A stretch of 64,000 nucleotides of DNA from Thermoplasmata archaeon. GTDB taxonomy: Archaea > Thermoplasmatota > Thermoplasmata > Lutacidiplasmatales > UBA184. The stretch spans positions 4,171-68,170 of the forward strand of contig JASHOK010000055.1 of NCBI GenBank assembly GCA_030041175.1, read 5' to 3'. Below the pieces are notes generated by a model that did not search any database, had not been told where the DNA came from, and saw only the letters and a list, made by a program, of their open reading frames with translations. Positions 28,705-39,300 of this stretch are shown one piece after another (position 1 is the first letter of the stretch; the number at the start of each line of letters is the position of its first letter). Both the position numbers and the translations under genes were made by a program.

Positions 28705-29583
28705 ATGCCGCGGTCCAAGCCCAGCGCTCGGGAGGCCACGTTCCTTCGGGCCGAGATCGCCCGCTCCGCGCGACGGGCCGAGGCGGGGCTTCGGGCCGCG
28801 GCCTATCGGGAGATGCCCGATCCCGAGACCCTGCATCGTCTGCATCGGGACCTCCGCGAACTTCGCGTTACGCACCGTCTGCTCCTACCCGTACCGAAGG
28901 CCGGAACCCCGGAGGACGCGATCGACCGTCGCCTGCGAAAATTGGCCGGCCTGGTCGGAGAGGTCCGGGACCGCGATGTGGCCATCGACCTCCTCCTGCG
29001 CGCGGGCCGCGACGCGGACCCGAAGCTTCGGCAGAATCTTCGGACACAGCTCCGGCACGAGGGCGAGGTGGGGCGGCAGCTCCTCCGAGCGGCGGCTCGT
29101 GCCGAAATAGACCGTCGCTTGCTCCAGACGGTCATCCGAGACGTGGCTGGGGCCTCGGTGCCTGGTCCCGCTCGGCTCCGCCGGGAGCTGCAGTCTGCGC
29201 TGGCCCAGCACCATCAGACGGTCGTCCGCGCGTTCCGTCGTGGCCTCAAGAAGCCCTCGACCCGTCGGCTGCATCGGCTCCGGATCGCTCTCCGCAACGC
29301 CCGGGCGCTGCGGGTCCTGGTCGGTCGCGCAACGGGGCACCCGGCCGAGTCCGTACCGGCCGAGCTCGAGAAGCTCCAGCGGACCCTCGGTCGCCTGCAC
29401 GACCTCGACATGGTCACCGAGCGGATCACGGGCCTTCCGTCCGGGGAGAATCTCGACCGCTGGGAGCGTCAATGGCGTCGGGCCCGCAAATCGGAGCGGA
29501 TCCAGGTCCTGGCGCGCATGCAACGGAAGCGGACCCGGAAGTCGCTTTCCTGGCTAGCCCTAGGACCTGCCGAGGACCAATGA
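28705..29583 (+). CDS. CHAD-domain protein
   Basis: All-alpha protein with the Arg/His-rich helical repeats characteristic of the CHAD (conserved histidine alpha-helical) domain; located next to ppx. Confidence 0.55.
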   Translation: MPRSKPSAREATFLRAEIARSARRAEAGLRAAAYREMPDPETLHRLHRDLRELRVTHRLLLPVPKAGTPEDAIDRRLRKLAGLVGEVRDRDVAIDLLLRAGRDADPKLRQNLRTQLRHEGEVGRQLLRAAARAEIDRRLLQTVIRDVAGASVPGPARLRRELQSALAQHHQTVVRAFRRGLKKPSTRRLHRLRIALRNARALRVLVGRATGHPAESVPAELEKLQRTLGRLHDLDMVTERITGLPSGENLDRWERQWRRARKSERIQVLARMQRKRTRKSLSWLALGPAEDQ

Positions 29584-29629
29584 CTGAATCTCTGCGTGAC
29601 CCGACGGGGAGTTCATAGGCCGGGGGGAC

Positions 29630-31201
29630 TTGCGCGTGACACCACTGACGATGTCGGCGAGTTCCCCTGTCCTCCTGACCGAGATCCGGCCCGGAGAGGC
29701 GAGCCAGCTGGCCGTCATCGACCTGGGCTCGAACACGGCACGGCTGGCAATCTTCGAGGTCACGGGCGAGGGCGGGCTGCGGACCGTCTATGAGGTGAAG
29801 GAGGTTCCACGGCTCGGGAAGGGTGTCCGTGACGACCTCTCCCTCTCGCCCGGAGCCATCGAGCGCGGGCTGGCCACCCTAACCCGATTTTCCCGACACC
29901 TCACGGTCATGGGGAATCCTCCCACCATCGCCGTCGCGACGAGTGCGGTACGCGACGCGCCGAACGGGCGAGCGTTCATCGAGCGGATCGCCCGGAGGAC
30001 CGGCATCCTGATGCGCGTGATCTCCGGCGAGGAGGAAGCTCGCCTGGGCTATCTGGGCGTGGCGTCGGCCTGGGAGCTCGACCGGGACGTGATCGCGGAC
30101 CTGGGCGGCGGCTCGCTCCAGCTTGCGTCGACCCGCAGCGGTCAGCTCGAGCGGTCGAGCAGCCTCCCCCTGGGCGCGCTCCGAATGACGCAGGACTTCC
30201 TGCGGCACGACCCTCCCAAGCGCAAGGAGCTGGAGGCAGCACGGGACCACATCCGGAAGGAGCTCGCCGCGACGCCGCTGCCCCGTCCTTCGGAGCGGCT
30301 GCGGATCTTCGGCGTCGGAGGAACGATCCGGTGCCTCGCCCGGGTGGCGATGGAGCTTCGGGAGTACCCGGTCCAGCGGGTCCATGGCTACCGGCTCAAC
30401 CGGAGGGATCTGGATGTTCTGGAGGGCATCTTGCTCGAAATGACGGCTCCGCAACGGCGGGAGGTACCCGGCATCAGCGCCGCGCGCGCGGATGTCATCG
30501 TGGCGGGGTTACTGGTCGTCGACGAGCTCCTACGTCGGACCGACCGGGATGAGCTCTGGGTGACCGGGCACGGAATCCGCGAGGGTGCGGTCATCGAGCG
30601 ACTCGCGATTCCGGTGCCGGCGTCGCAGGAGGTCCTGGCCTTCCGTTCCGTGACCGCCGCGGCTCGAGCGATGGGATTCTCCCTGATCCACGGCGAGCAG
30701 GTCCGCCGGCTGGCCCTCACACTCTTCGACCGGCTCCAGACCCGCTTCGGGTGGACGGCCAACGACCGGCTGGTCCTCTCGGTCGCGGCCTGGATGCACG
30801 ACGTGGGCGCCGTGGTGGACCCCTGGCATCACCCGCAGCACTCCGCCTACCTGATCCGGAACCTGGCCAGCCTTTCGCTCACCGACCGGGACGCGGTTCT
30901 GGCGTCCCTGGTGGCGTACCTTCATGAGGGGGATGAGATGCCCGAGGGCTGGGCCAAGACGTGGCGCGCCATCCTCACCCCGGACGACCTGCAGGTCGCT
31001 CGACAGCTCGGCACGATCGTTTACTTTGCCGAGACCCTCGAGGGCGCGCGCCTCACGGTGACCCTCCCGCGCGGATCTCAACGCCTGCGTATCGAGCCGT
31101 ACCGGAACGGCGGAGCCTCGGTGCCGCCCCGCGCCGTCGAGCGCCTGCGAAAGCCGATCGAGCGGGTCTTCGAACTGGAGCTGGTGGCCCCGGATGAGTG
31201 A
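29630..31201 (+). CDS. ppx: Ppx/GppA-family exopolyphosphatase / guanosine pentaphosphate phosphohydrolase with a C-terminal HD-like domain
   Basis: AVIDLGSNTARLAI and DLGGGS actin-like ATPase-fold motifs. C-terminal HD-related region (AAWMHDVG). Confidence 0.8.
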   Translation: MRVTPLTMSASSPVLLTEIRPGEASQLAVIDLGSNTARLAIFEVTGEGGLRTVYEVKEVPRLGKGVRDDLSLSPGAIERGLATLTRFSRHLTVMGNPPTIAVATSAVRDAPNGRAFIERIARRTGILMRVISGEEEARLGYLGVASAWELDRDVIADLGGGSLQLASTRSGQLERSSSLPLGALRMTQDFLRHDPPKRKELEAARDHIRKELAATPLPRPSERLRIFGVGGTIRCLARVAMELREYPVQRVHGYRLNRRDLDVLEGILLEMTAPQRREVPGISAARADVIVAGLLVVDELLRRTDRDELWVTGHGIREGAVIERLAIPVPASQEVLAFRSVTAAARAMGFSLIHGEQVRRLALTLFDRLQTRFGWTANDRLVLSVAAWMHDVGAVVDPWHHPQHSAYLIRNLASLSLTDRDAVLASLVAYLHEGDEMPEGWAKTWRAILTPDDLQVARQLGTIVYFAETLEGARLTVTLPRGSQRLRIEPYRNGGASVPPRAVERLRKPIERVFELELVAPDE

Positions 31202-31904
31202 GCGGCCGATGGCACCCCCGGCTCCGGGCAACAACGGCGGAACGGGCCGACTGCTCGTCGTCGAGGGCCTCGATGGCAGCGGGAAATCGACCCAGGCCCG
31301 ACTGCTGGTGAAGTGGCTCCAGTCGCGCGGGTATCGCGTTTTCTTCACGGAATGGAATTCGTCGGAGCTGGTCTCGGGCGTCATTCGTCGCGGAAAGAAG
31401 AAGGGACTGTTGACGCCGACGACCTTCGCACTCCTTCACGCTACGGACTTTGCGGACCGGCTCGAGCGGCAGATTCTCCCGCCGCTGCGCGCCGGGTACT
31501 TCGTGGTCTGCGACCGCTACTGCTACACCGCCTTCGCGCGGGATACCGCACGCGGCTGCGACCCGGCCTGGGTTCGGAACATGTACTCGTTCGCGCCCGT
31601 ACCGGACAAGGTGCTCTACTTCCGTGTCCCGGTCCAGGTCTCCCTGGACCGGAAGCTCGCGTCGCGGGAACCGATCTCGTACTACGAAGCCGGGATGGAC
31701 CTGCATCTCGCCGACGATGTCGTGGAGAGTTACCAGCGATTCCAGGCGGCCCTCCGGCGCGGCTACGAGAAGCTCGTGACGACCGACCACCTTGTCCCGA
31801 TCGACGCGGCGAAGCCGGTGGAGCAGGTGCTCACCCGGGTCCGCTCCGAGGTCAAGCCGCTGCTGAACGAATTCCCCAAGATGGAGACGCTGGTCCATGG
31901 TTAG
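31194..31904 (+). CDS. tmk: thymidylate kinase-like P-loop kinase (paralog 1)
   Basis: LLVVEGLDGSGKST P-loop and a DRYCYT DRY/H motif. Confidence 0.7.
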   Translation: MSERPMAPPAPGNNGGTGRLLVVEGLDGSGKSTQARLLVKWLQSRGYRVFFTEWNSSELVSGVIRRGKKKGLLTPTTFALLHATDFADRLERQILPPLRAGYFVVCDRYCYTAFARDTARGCDPAWVRNMYSFAPVPDKVLYFRVPVQVSLDRKLASREPISYYEAGMDLHLADDVVESYQRFQAALRRGYEKLVTTDHLVPIDAAKPVEQVLTRVRSEVKPLLNEFPKMETLVHG

Positions 31905-32673
31905 GACGTACGGGACGCGCATCCCCAATCTGCCGAAGAAGGAGCTTCCCGGCCACCTCATCGTGGTCGAAGGCGCGGACGGGTCCGGGCGGACGACCGA
32001 GGTCGAGATGCTCCGCGACTGGCTCGAGATCCAGGGACACCCGGTCGTGGACACGGGTCTCCGCCGCTCCACCCTCGTCAGCAAGCAGATCGACCGGGCG
32101 AAGCTCGGTCATACACTCGGCGCGACCACGATGGCGCTGTTCTACGCCGCCGACTTCGCCGACCAGCTGGAGAACAAGATCCTTCCGGCGCTCTCGGCCG
32201 GGAGCACCGTCCTCGCCGACCGGTACACGTACACCCTGATGGCCCGGGCGATTGTCCGCGGCGCTACCCGGGAGTACGCGGAAAAGCTGTATGCGTTCGC
32301 CTTCGAGCCGGACCTCATTATCTTCCTCGATGCGCGTACCGACATCCTCCTCCACCGGGCGATCGCGAAGTACGGGTCGCTCGACTACTGGGAGAGCGGG
32401 ATGGACCTCTCGCTCTCCCGCGACCGCTTCGAGAGTTTCTTCGCGTATCAGGGGCTGCTCAAGAAGGAGTTCGACTGGATGGCGCGAACGTACGGGTTCC
32501 AGCGCGTGGACGCGAACCGGACCCCGTTCCAGGTCCACCGCGACGTGAAGGCGGTCGTGGCGGCGCTCTTCGGCAAGAAGGTCCGCATCGAGGTAGGGGT
32601 CGAGGGGAGCCCGAAGGTCGCTACCGTGCCCGAGGTGTCGGGTCTCGGCCCCACGGAAGGACAGAACGCCTAA
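31897..32673 (+). CDS. thymidylate kinase-like P-loop kinase (paralog 2), with Arg replacing the P-loop Lys
   Basis: HLIVVEGADGSGRTT and ADRYTYT. Shares the unusual YWESGMDLSL block with paralog 1 (YYEAGMDLHL). 8-nt overlap with paralog 1. Confidence 0.6.
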   Translation: MVRTYGTRIPNLPKKELPGHLIVVEGADGSGRTTEVEMLRDWLEIQGHPVVDTGLRRSTLVSKQIDRAKLGHTLGATTMALFYAADFADQLENKILPALSAGSTVLADRYTYTLMARAIVRGATREYAEKLYAFAFEPDLIIFLDARTDILLHRAIAKYGSLDYWESGMDLSLSRDRFESFFAYQGLLKKEFDWMARTYGFQRVDANRTPFQVHRDVKAVVAALFGKKVRIEVGVEGSPKVATVPEVSGLGPTEGQNA

Positions 32674-33170
32674 CCCAACCGCTCGAGCTGCTTCCTCGTC
32701 AGGATCCAGTCGATCTCGGCGGCGCCCGCCCGGGCCTCGCGGGAGAAGTTGAGCTGGGCGACCCCGGCCTTGGCGAAGCGGGTGATCGGGACGGAATCGC
32801 CGGTGACCGCGAGACCGAGAAGCTCCCCGAGAGTGGGCTCATGACCGACCAGCGCGATTCCCCGGCGGCGGGAGTACCGCTGCACGCGCTCGAGAATCGG
32901 TCCGGGCGACGTGTCCGGCTCGAGCTCGTCCCAGAGTTCGAGCTCGGCCTCGACCTCGAGGACCTCTCGAAAGATCTCGGCGGTCGCCCGGGCGCGGACG
33001 GCCGGACTCGCCACGACCTTATCGACGGCAGGACGCAACTTCGCCAGCCCCTTCGCGGCGCGACGCGTCGACCGAACTCCGTCGGGCGTCAGTGGCCGTG
33101 TGCGATCATCCGGCCACCGGGACGGGTCGCGGTCGGCCGCCGGCCCGTGCCGGATCAGGAGCAGGTCCAT
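32670..33170 (-). CDS. histidine-phosphatase superfamily protein (SixA / phosphoglycerate-mutase-like)
   Basis: LLLIRHG catalytic RHG motif near the N-terminus and a downstream GHEP His motif. Start taken at MDLLLIRHG. Confidence 0.65.
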   Translation of the reverse strand: MDLLLIRHGPAADRDPSRWPDDRTRPLTPDGVRSTRRAAKGLAKLRPAVDKVVASPAVRARATAEIFREVLEVEAELELWDELEPDTSPGPILERVQRYSRRRGIALVGHEPTLGELLGLAVTGDSVPITRFAKAGVAQLNFSREARAGAAEIDWILTRKQLERLG

Positions 33171-33277
33171 CCCGAGCGTTCCCTCGCTCCGCGAGAATCG
33201 GCGGCCTATAACGACCCCTGCTTGTCGACCCAAACCCTTAGGGAGGTGATGCGCCGGCTGCCGGGTCGAGGTCCCCT

Positions 33278-34030
33278 ATGGAAGCGTCGATCCCCCCACC
33301 CTCGTTCACCGAACCCGCGCTGGGCATTGTCTTCGACCTGGATGGCACGCTCGTCGATAGCCAGCACGACTTTCCCCGGCTGCGTAAGACCGTCGTCCAC
33401 CTGGCCGAGAAGTACGGGGTTGCGCCGGGTCGGCTGTCCATCACCGAGACCGTGAACCGGCTCCTGCGGGACGCGACCGCCATTCTCGCGGCACAGAACG
33501 TCCCGGAAGGCCAGATCTTCCGCTTCGAGAAGGAGGTCAACGAGGCGATCGATACGATCGAGATGGAGGCGCTGCCACGGACGAAGGCAGCCCCCAATGC
33601 CGGTCCGGTGCTCAAGGCGCTCAGCGAGAAGGGATTCCGGCTGGGTCTCCTCACCCGGAGCTCCGACCACTTCGCCCGGTCCGCCCTGTCCAAGACGGAG
33701 CTCGCTCCGTACTTTCCATTCCTCCGAAGCCGCAGCTCACCGGGGCCGGTCAAGCCGTCGCCCGAGGCACTCCGATTGCTGCTCGACACGATGGGCGTGC
33801 CGACCGACCGCGCCGTGCTGGTGGGCGACCAACTCCTGGATTGTGAGTGTGCGGTGGCGGCCCGGGTCAAGTTCTACGGGGTCCTGCTTCCCGCCAAGGA
33901 CCCGCTCCACGTCGATATCGACAAGTTCCGGGCCGGTGGGGCGACCGCCGTGGCCCGAGATCTGGCGGAACTGGCGGGGTTCTTCGGGGCGAAAGTGGGG
34001 GCCGGACCCAGCGCGCCAGCACCCCGCTAG
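33278..34030 (+). CDS. HAD-superfamily hydrolase
   Basis: Motif I FDLDGTLVDS, motif II LLTRS and a motif IV VGDQLLD pattern. Confidence 0.75.
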   Translation: MEASIPPPSFTEPALGIVFDLDGTLVDSQHDFPRLRKTVVHLAEKYGVAPGRLSITETVNRLLRDATAILAAQNVPEGQIFRFEKEVNEAIDTIEMEALPRTKAAPNAGPVLKALSEKGFRLGLLTRSSDHFARSALSKTELAPYFPFLRSRSSPGPVKPSPEALRLLLDTMGVPTDRAVLVGDQLLDCECAVAARVKFYGVLLPAKDPLHVDIDKFRAGGATAVARDLAELAGFFGAKVGAGPSAPAPR

Positions 34031-35025
34031 CCGAGCGACTGGACGAACACATCGATCACCGCCCGCTCGGCGGTCGCCCAGGCCTCGGGAATCTGGTTCC
34101 ATCCCGAGCGGAGGTCCCCCACACAGTACAACCCCGGGATCGGCGCGCCATCCTTTTCGGAGAGCACCCGGCAATCCTCGTCCGTCTGAACGTAGCCGTC
34201 CGGATCCAGCGCAGCGCCCAGCTCGCGGGGAAGGTGCTGGTGCATATCGTACCAGCCGAGACCGGAGAACCCCCGGTCAAAGGTGCGCGCGGTTCCGTCC
34301 GCGAACTTCACGGTGAAGGTCTTCTCGCGGATCCCGTCGAAGCCGACCAAGACGCCCGAGGACCAGGGGATGCCCGCCGAACGGAGCCGACCCTCCAGCT
34401 CGGCCTTCTCGGCGGGTCCAAGGTCGCCGAGGAACGGTTCCCCGTGCGTCAGGATCTCCAACGATCGCGGCCCGAAATGCCGGAGTTCGAGCGCGAGCTC
34501 GCCCGCGTAGGCGGTCGACCCGAGAACGGCGACCGACTTCCCAGGGAGCTCATGGCCGTCGCAGAACTCGCAGAAGTACACGAGACCCTGGTTGGCCCAC
34601 GGAAAGATCGGGTCGATCTTGCCCCCGACCGCCGGAATTCGGTCCACCACGCCGTGGGCCAGGATCAGATGCTTTGCCCGAACTTTTCGAGGTTGCTTGA
34701 GCCACTCGAACTCAATCTCGTATCCGTCCCCGGACCGCCGGGCTGCCGAGGCGCGAGCCGGACTCACGTAGGTCACCCGTTCCTCGTACTTGCGCAGGGC
34801 TTCCACCTGTTTGTCGAGCAGCGCATGGCCCGAGATCCCCTCGCCGAATCCCGGAATGTTGTCCATTCGGGGAGAATAGTACGACCGGCTGTACTTCGGG
34901 CCCCGATCAATGACGACCGCCGTCAGGTGGAGCAGCGCCGCCTTGAGGCCGGCCTGGAGGCCCGCATGACCTCCCCCCACGATGGCGATGTCATACGACT
35001 CCTGCAACCGCGGGAACCCCGGCAT
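34027..35025 (-). CDS. FAD/NAD(P)-binding pyridine nucleotide-disulfide oxidoreductase (thioredoxin-reductase-like)
   Basis: N-terminal dinucleotide fold YDIAIVGGGHAG, a second Rossmann fold (VAVLGSTAYAGELA), and redox Cys pairs CEFCDG and GLYCVGD. Confidence 0.7.
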   Translation of the reverse strand: MPGFPRLQESYDIAIVGGGHAGLQAGLKAALLHLTAVVIDRGPKYSRSYYSPRMDNIPGFGEGISGHALLDKQVEALRKYEERVTYVSPARASAARRSGDGYEIEFEWLKQPRKVRAKHLILAHGVVDRIPAVGGKIDPIFPWANQGLVYFCEFCDGHELPGKSVAVLGSTAYAGELALELRHFGPRSLEILTHGEPFLGDLGPAEKAELEGRLRSAGIPWSSGVLVGFDGIREKTFTVKFADGTARTFDRGFSGLGWYDMHQHLPRELGAALDPDGYVQTDEDCRVLSEKDGAPIPGLYCVGDLRSGWNQIPEAWATAERAVIDVFVQSLG

Positions 35026-35246
35026 TCCTCCGAAGGAGAGCGGGTGGGGGATTTGACGAGGCAGGGTCGCCGATGTCAGCGCGGCGTCTCCGCCGGGAAT
35101 TGGACGGAGCAGCGCGCCGGGCGGAGCTCCCGGCGTCGCGCCCGGATTTCCTTGAGCAATGCTTATGTCGGCCGCCTTTGTCGTTCGACTTTGGGTCCAC
35201 CACGCCCGCGAGGTCGGCGTCCAATTCGCCGCGCCGACGGGGGACC

Positions 35247-36353
35247 TTGCTTCTCGAGGATGGAACCCGGTTCGATGGGGTCGGCTTCGGCGCCTCCACG
35301 ACCTCCATCGGTGAGGTCGTGTTCACGACCGGGATGGTCGGCTATCCGGAGTCGCTCACGGACCCGTCGTTCCGGGGTCAGATCCTGACCTTCACCTATC
35401 CTCTGCTCGGCAACTACGGAGTCCCGCCTACGACGGCCCGGGACGAGTGGGGCCTGCCTCGGTTCCTCGAGTCGAGCGAGGTTCAGGTTCGTGGCTTGGT
35501 CGTCCGGGGACTCACCTCCCCGAGCCACTGGCAGTCCCGGCATCCGCTGGAGCGGTGGCTCCAGGACTCCGGCGTTCCGGGCATCGCCGGGGTCGACACC
35601 CGACGCCTGACCGAGCATCTGAGAGCCGAGGGCGTCGTCCGGGGCGCTCTGCATGTCGGAGCGACACCCGCATCCGATGACGCGCTCCTGGACCGGATCC
35701 GTCGGGCCCCGGAGTACGCCGAAGAGGATTACATGGCGGCGGTGTCCGTCCGCCACCCGGTCGCGTATGGCGATGCGTCGGCTCCGCTGGTCGCGGTGAT
35801 CGACTGCGGGGTCAAGGCAAGCATCCTCCGGGCGCTCCTGAATCGGAAACTCGGCGTGCTCCGCCTTCCGCACGATGCTCCGGTCCCCGATCGGTGGGAA
35901 GGGCGTCGCGTTCGGGGACTGGTGGTCGGGAACGGACCGGGGGATCCCGAGCGCTTGACGGTGACGGTCTCCGAGGTCGGGCGGGCGGTGGATGCGCGAC
36001 TGCCGGTTCTGGGAATCTGTCTCGGAAACCAGCTGCTGGCCCTGTCCCGGGGCGGGCGGACGTTCAAGCTGAAGTACGGTCACCGGGGACAGAACAAGAC
36101 CGTCTGCTTCCCGAACGGCCGGTCCCTGATCATGAGCGAGAATCACGGCTACGCGGTCGACCCCGCGTCCCTTCGAGGCACGGGGCTTGTCCCCTGGGCC
36201 ACCAACCCCGATGATGGGACCTTGGAGGGCCTGCGGGACCGACCGGGCCGCGTTCTGGCGCTCCAAGGACATCCGGAGGGACACCCGGGTCCGCAGGAGG
36301 CCGGCTTCGTCTTCGATCAATTCGCGAGCCGGGTGACCCGGAGGGGCGCATGA
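35247..36353 (+). CDS. carA: carbamoyl-phosphate synthase small (glutamine amidotransferase) subunit
   Basis: CarA N-domain (LLLEDGTRFDGVGFGA...GEVVFTTGMVGYPESLTDPS) and a GATase triad region (GICLGNQLL, HGYAVD). Start proposed at the TTG at 35247. An in-frame ATG at 35073 would add an atypical 58-aa leader. Confidence 0.8.
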   Translation: MLLEDGTRFDGVGFGASTTSIGEVVFTTGMVGYPESLTDPSFRGQILTFTYPLLGNYGVPPTTARDEWGLPRFLESSEVQVRGLVVRGLTSPSHWQSRHPLERWLQDSGVPGIAGVDTRRLTEHLRAEGVVRGALHVGATPASDDALLDRIRRAPEYAEEDYMAAVSVRHPVAYGDASAPLVAVIDCGVKASILRALLNRKLGVLRLPHDAPVPDRWEGRRVRGLVVGNGPGDPERLTVTVSEVGRAVDARLPVLGICLGNQLLALSRGGRTFKLKYGHRGQNKTVCFPNGRSLIMSENHGYAVDPASLRGTGLVPWATNPDDGTLEGLRDRPGRVLALQGHPEGHPGPQEAGFVFDQFASRVTRRGA

Positions 36354-39300
36354 GGCCCCCGCGGTACGAGAAGATCGTCGTGCTCGGCTCCGGCGCCCTC
36401 AAGATCGGTGAGGCGGGTGAATTCGATTACTCCGGCAGTCAGTGCCTCCGCGCCCTGGAGGAAGAAGGGGTCTACGCGGTAGTGGTGAATCCCAACATCG
36501 CCACCCTCCAGACCGACCCCCCGAAGCACGGTCGCGTGTATCTTCAACCGGTCCGGCCCGAGTTCGTCGAACCCATCCTCGAGGCGGAACGGCCCGACGG
36601 CATGATGCTCAGCTTCGGCGGGCAGACGGCCCTCGATTGCGGAATCCGGCTGGCCGACCGCGGGGCGTACCGGCGCTCCGGGGTCAAGGTGCTGGGGACA
36701 CCGCTGCAGGGGATTCGGGACACGGAGGACCGGGCCCTGTTCGTCCAGGCCATGGGCCGGGCTCGGGTTCCGGTACTGCCCAGCCGGGCCGTTTACTCCG
36801 TCGATGACGCGCTGGCCGCCGCCGAAGTACTGGGCACCCCGGTCATGATCCGGGTCGCGTACACGTTGGGCGGAAAGGGGGGCGGAGTTGCGCGGGACCG
36901 GGCCGGCGTCCGGGAGATCGCGGAGCGGGGACTTCGGCTGAGTCCGGTAGGCCAGATCCTGCTGGAACGATATGTTGGCGACTTCAAGCAGATCGAGTAC
37001 GAGATCGTCCGGGACCGGAAAGGGAACACGCTCACCGTCTGCAACATGGAGAACGTGCTCGCCATGCGCGTGCACACGGGCGACAACATCGTCATCGCCC
37101 CTTCGCAGACCCTGAACGACTCCGAGTACCAGCTGCTCCGCCAGGCCGCACTTCGCGCGGCGACCGAGGTCGGTATCGTGGGAGAGTGCAACATCCAGTT
37201 CGCCCTCGACCCCCGGAGCGAGGAGTACTATGCCATCGAGATCAACGCCCGACTCTCCCGTTCGAGTGCGCTGGCGAGCAAGGCGACCGGGTATCCGCTG
37301 GCGTACGTAGCCGCCAAGCTCGCCCTCGGATACACTCTGCCCGAACTCAAGAATCGGGTGACCGGCGTCACGACCGCCTGCTTTGAGCCGGCGCTGGACT
37401 ACGTGGTGGTCAAGCTGCCCCGCTGGGACCTCGACAAGTTCGAGCGCGCCGATCGCCGGCTCGGTCCCTCGATGAAGTCGGTCGGGGAGGTCATGGGAAT
37501 CGGCGCCTCCTTCCCCGAGGCGATCCAGAAGGCCGTCCGGATGAGCGACCCGACGGGCGACCTGGTGCCTCCAGAGGCTCCCAGACCGTTGGCCGAGGTC
37601 GAGCCGGAACTCAAGCACGCCGGGCCGGAGATCCTTTTCCGGGTCCTAGAAGCCCTCGAGACGGGCGCGTCCGTAGATCACATCGCGAAGCTGTCCGCGA
37701 TCGACCCGTGGTTCGTGGAGCAGCTTTCCGGGATCGTCCGGGAGAGCCGGGCCCTGCGGCGTCGGGCCGGGCACCCGCTCCCGGCGAGCCGACTGCAATC
37801 CGCGAAAGAGCTCGGGTTCTCGGACCGCGCGATCGGTCGGATCACGCACCATTCCGAGGCGGCGGTACGGTCTCGGCGGCTCCACCTGGGCGTCCGACCG
37901 CACGTTCGCATGATCGACACGCTCGCAGGAGAATGGCCGGCGCGGACGAACTACCTCTACCTCACCTACCGGGCGGACGCCGACGACGTGCGTCCATCGC
38001 CCAAGGGCAGCGCCCTCGTGCTCGGAGCCGGCCCGTATCGGATCGGGTCGAGTGTCGAGTTTGACTGGTCGACCACGAACCTGGTCGCCGGGCTCAAGGC
38101 GGCCGGCATCCCATCGGTCACCATCCTGAACTCGAACCCGGAGACGGTTTCGACGGACTACGACCGCTCGGACCGGCTCTACTTCGAGGAGATCACGCTC
38201 GAGCGGGTCCAGGACCTGTTCGACCTCGAGCGGTTCCGCGGCGTCGTGACCTGCGTCGGGAGCCAACTCGCCCAGAACCTGACGCCGGGCCTCAAGCGGA
38301 CCGGGGTCCCGGTCCTCGGAACGACCCCGGAGGCGATCGAGACCGCGGAGGATCGTTCGCAGTTCGCCCGATTGTTGGAGCGGCTGGGCATCCCGCAGCC
38401 GGCCTGGAAGGCGTTCACCACTCTGGAGGAAGCGTCGGCGTTCGCCGATGAGGTCGGCTACCCGGTGCTGGTGCGACCGTCCTTCGTGCTCAGCGGTCAA
38501 GCGATGCGAGTGATCTGGGGCCGCCCCGACCTCGGCCGCTTTCTCGAGCTGGCCCTGCGGATCTCCCGCGAGCACCCCGTCGTCGTCACCAAGTTCGTCC
38601 AGGGCGCGGACGAACTCGAGCTGGACGCGATTTCGGACGGGGAGAAGATCCTCGTCGCCGGCGTGCTGGAGCACGTGGAACGGGCCGGGGTCCACTCGGG
38701 CGACGCCATCTTCTCGATCCCCCCGCGGCGGACGGCGGTGGCGGTCCAGGAGGAACTAGTTCGGGCGGCCGAGCAGATCGCGCAGGCGCTCCGGATTCGC
38801 GGTCCCTTCAACATCCAGTACCTCGTGAAGGACGGGCAGTTCCAGATCATCGAACTCAACCTCCGGGCCAGTCGCTCCCTGCCCTTCCTCTCCAAGTTCA
38901 CCGGTCTTCCGCTCATCGAGGAGGCTGCGCGAGCGCTGCTCGGCGAGCCGCTCTCCCGCTCCGGCTGGAATCCTCCGCCGCCGGACCGCTGGGGGGTGAA
39001 GGTACCCCAGTTCTCGTTCCTGCAGCTGGTCGGCGCCGACCCTCTCCTCGGCGTCGAGATGCAATCCACCGGCGAGGTCGCCTGCTTCGGGTCGAGCTTC
39101 CCGGATGCGCTGATGCGCGGCCTCTTTGCCGCGGGCTGGTCGGCGCCCCGGGCCGCGGGCCGAGCCTTCGTCTCCGTGGGGGGACCGGCCCTGAAGGCCG
39201 AGATGCTCCCGATCGTGGAGCGGCTCGTGTCGCTCGGCTTCGGCCTGGCTGCGACGGAGGATACGGCGCTGTACCTCTCCCAGGCCGGGTTTTCGGACGT

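Noticed and set aside
35073-35246. ATG-initiated 58-aa leader on carA
   Set aside because: The Arg-rich leader is not CarA-like. CarA homology begins at LLLEDGTRF with an in-frame TTG, so it is kept only as an alternative start.
36317-38695. Minus-strand ORFs of 433 and 349 aa inside carB
   Set aside because: Antisense to a 1100-aa CarB with full-length homology.
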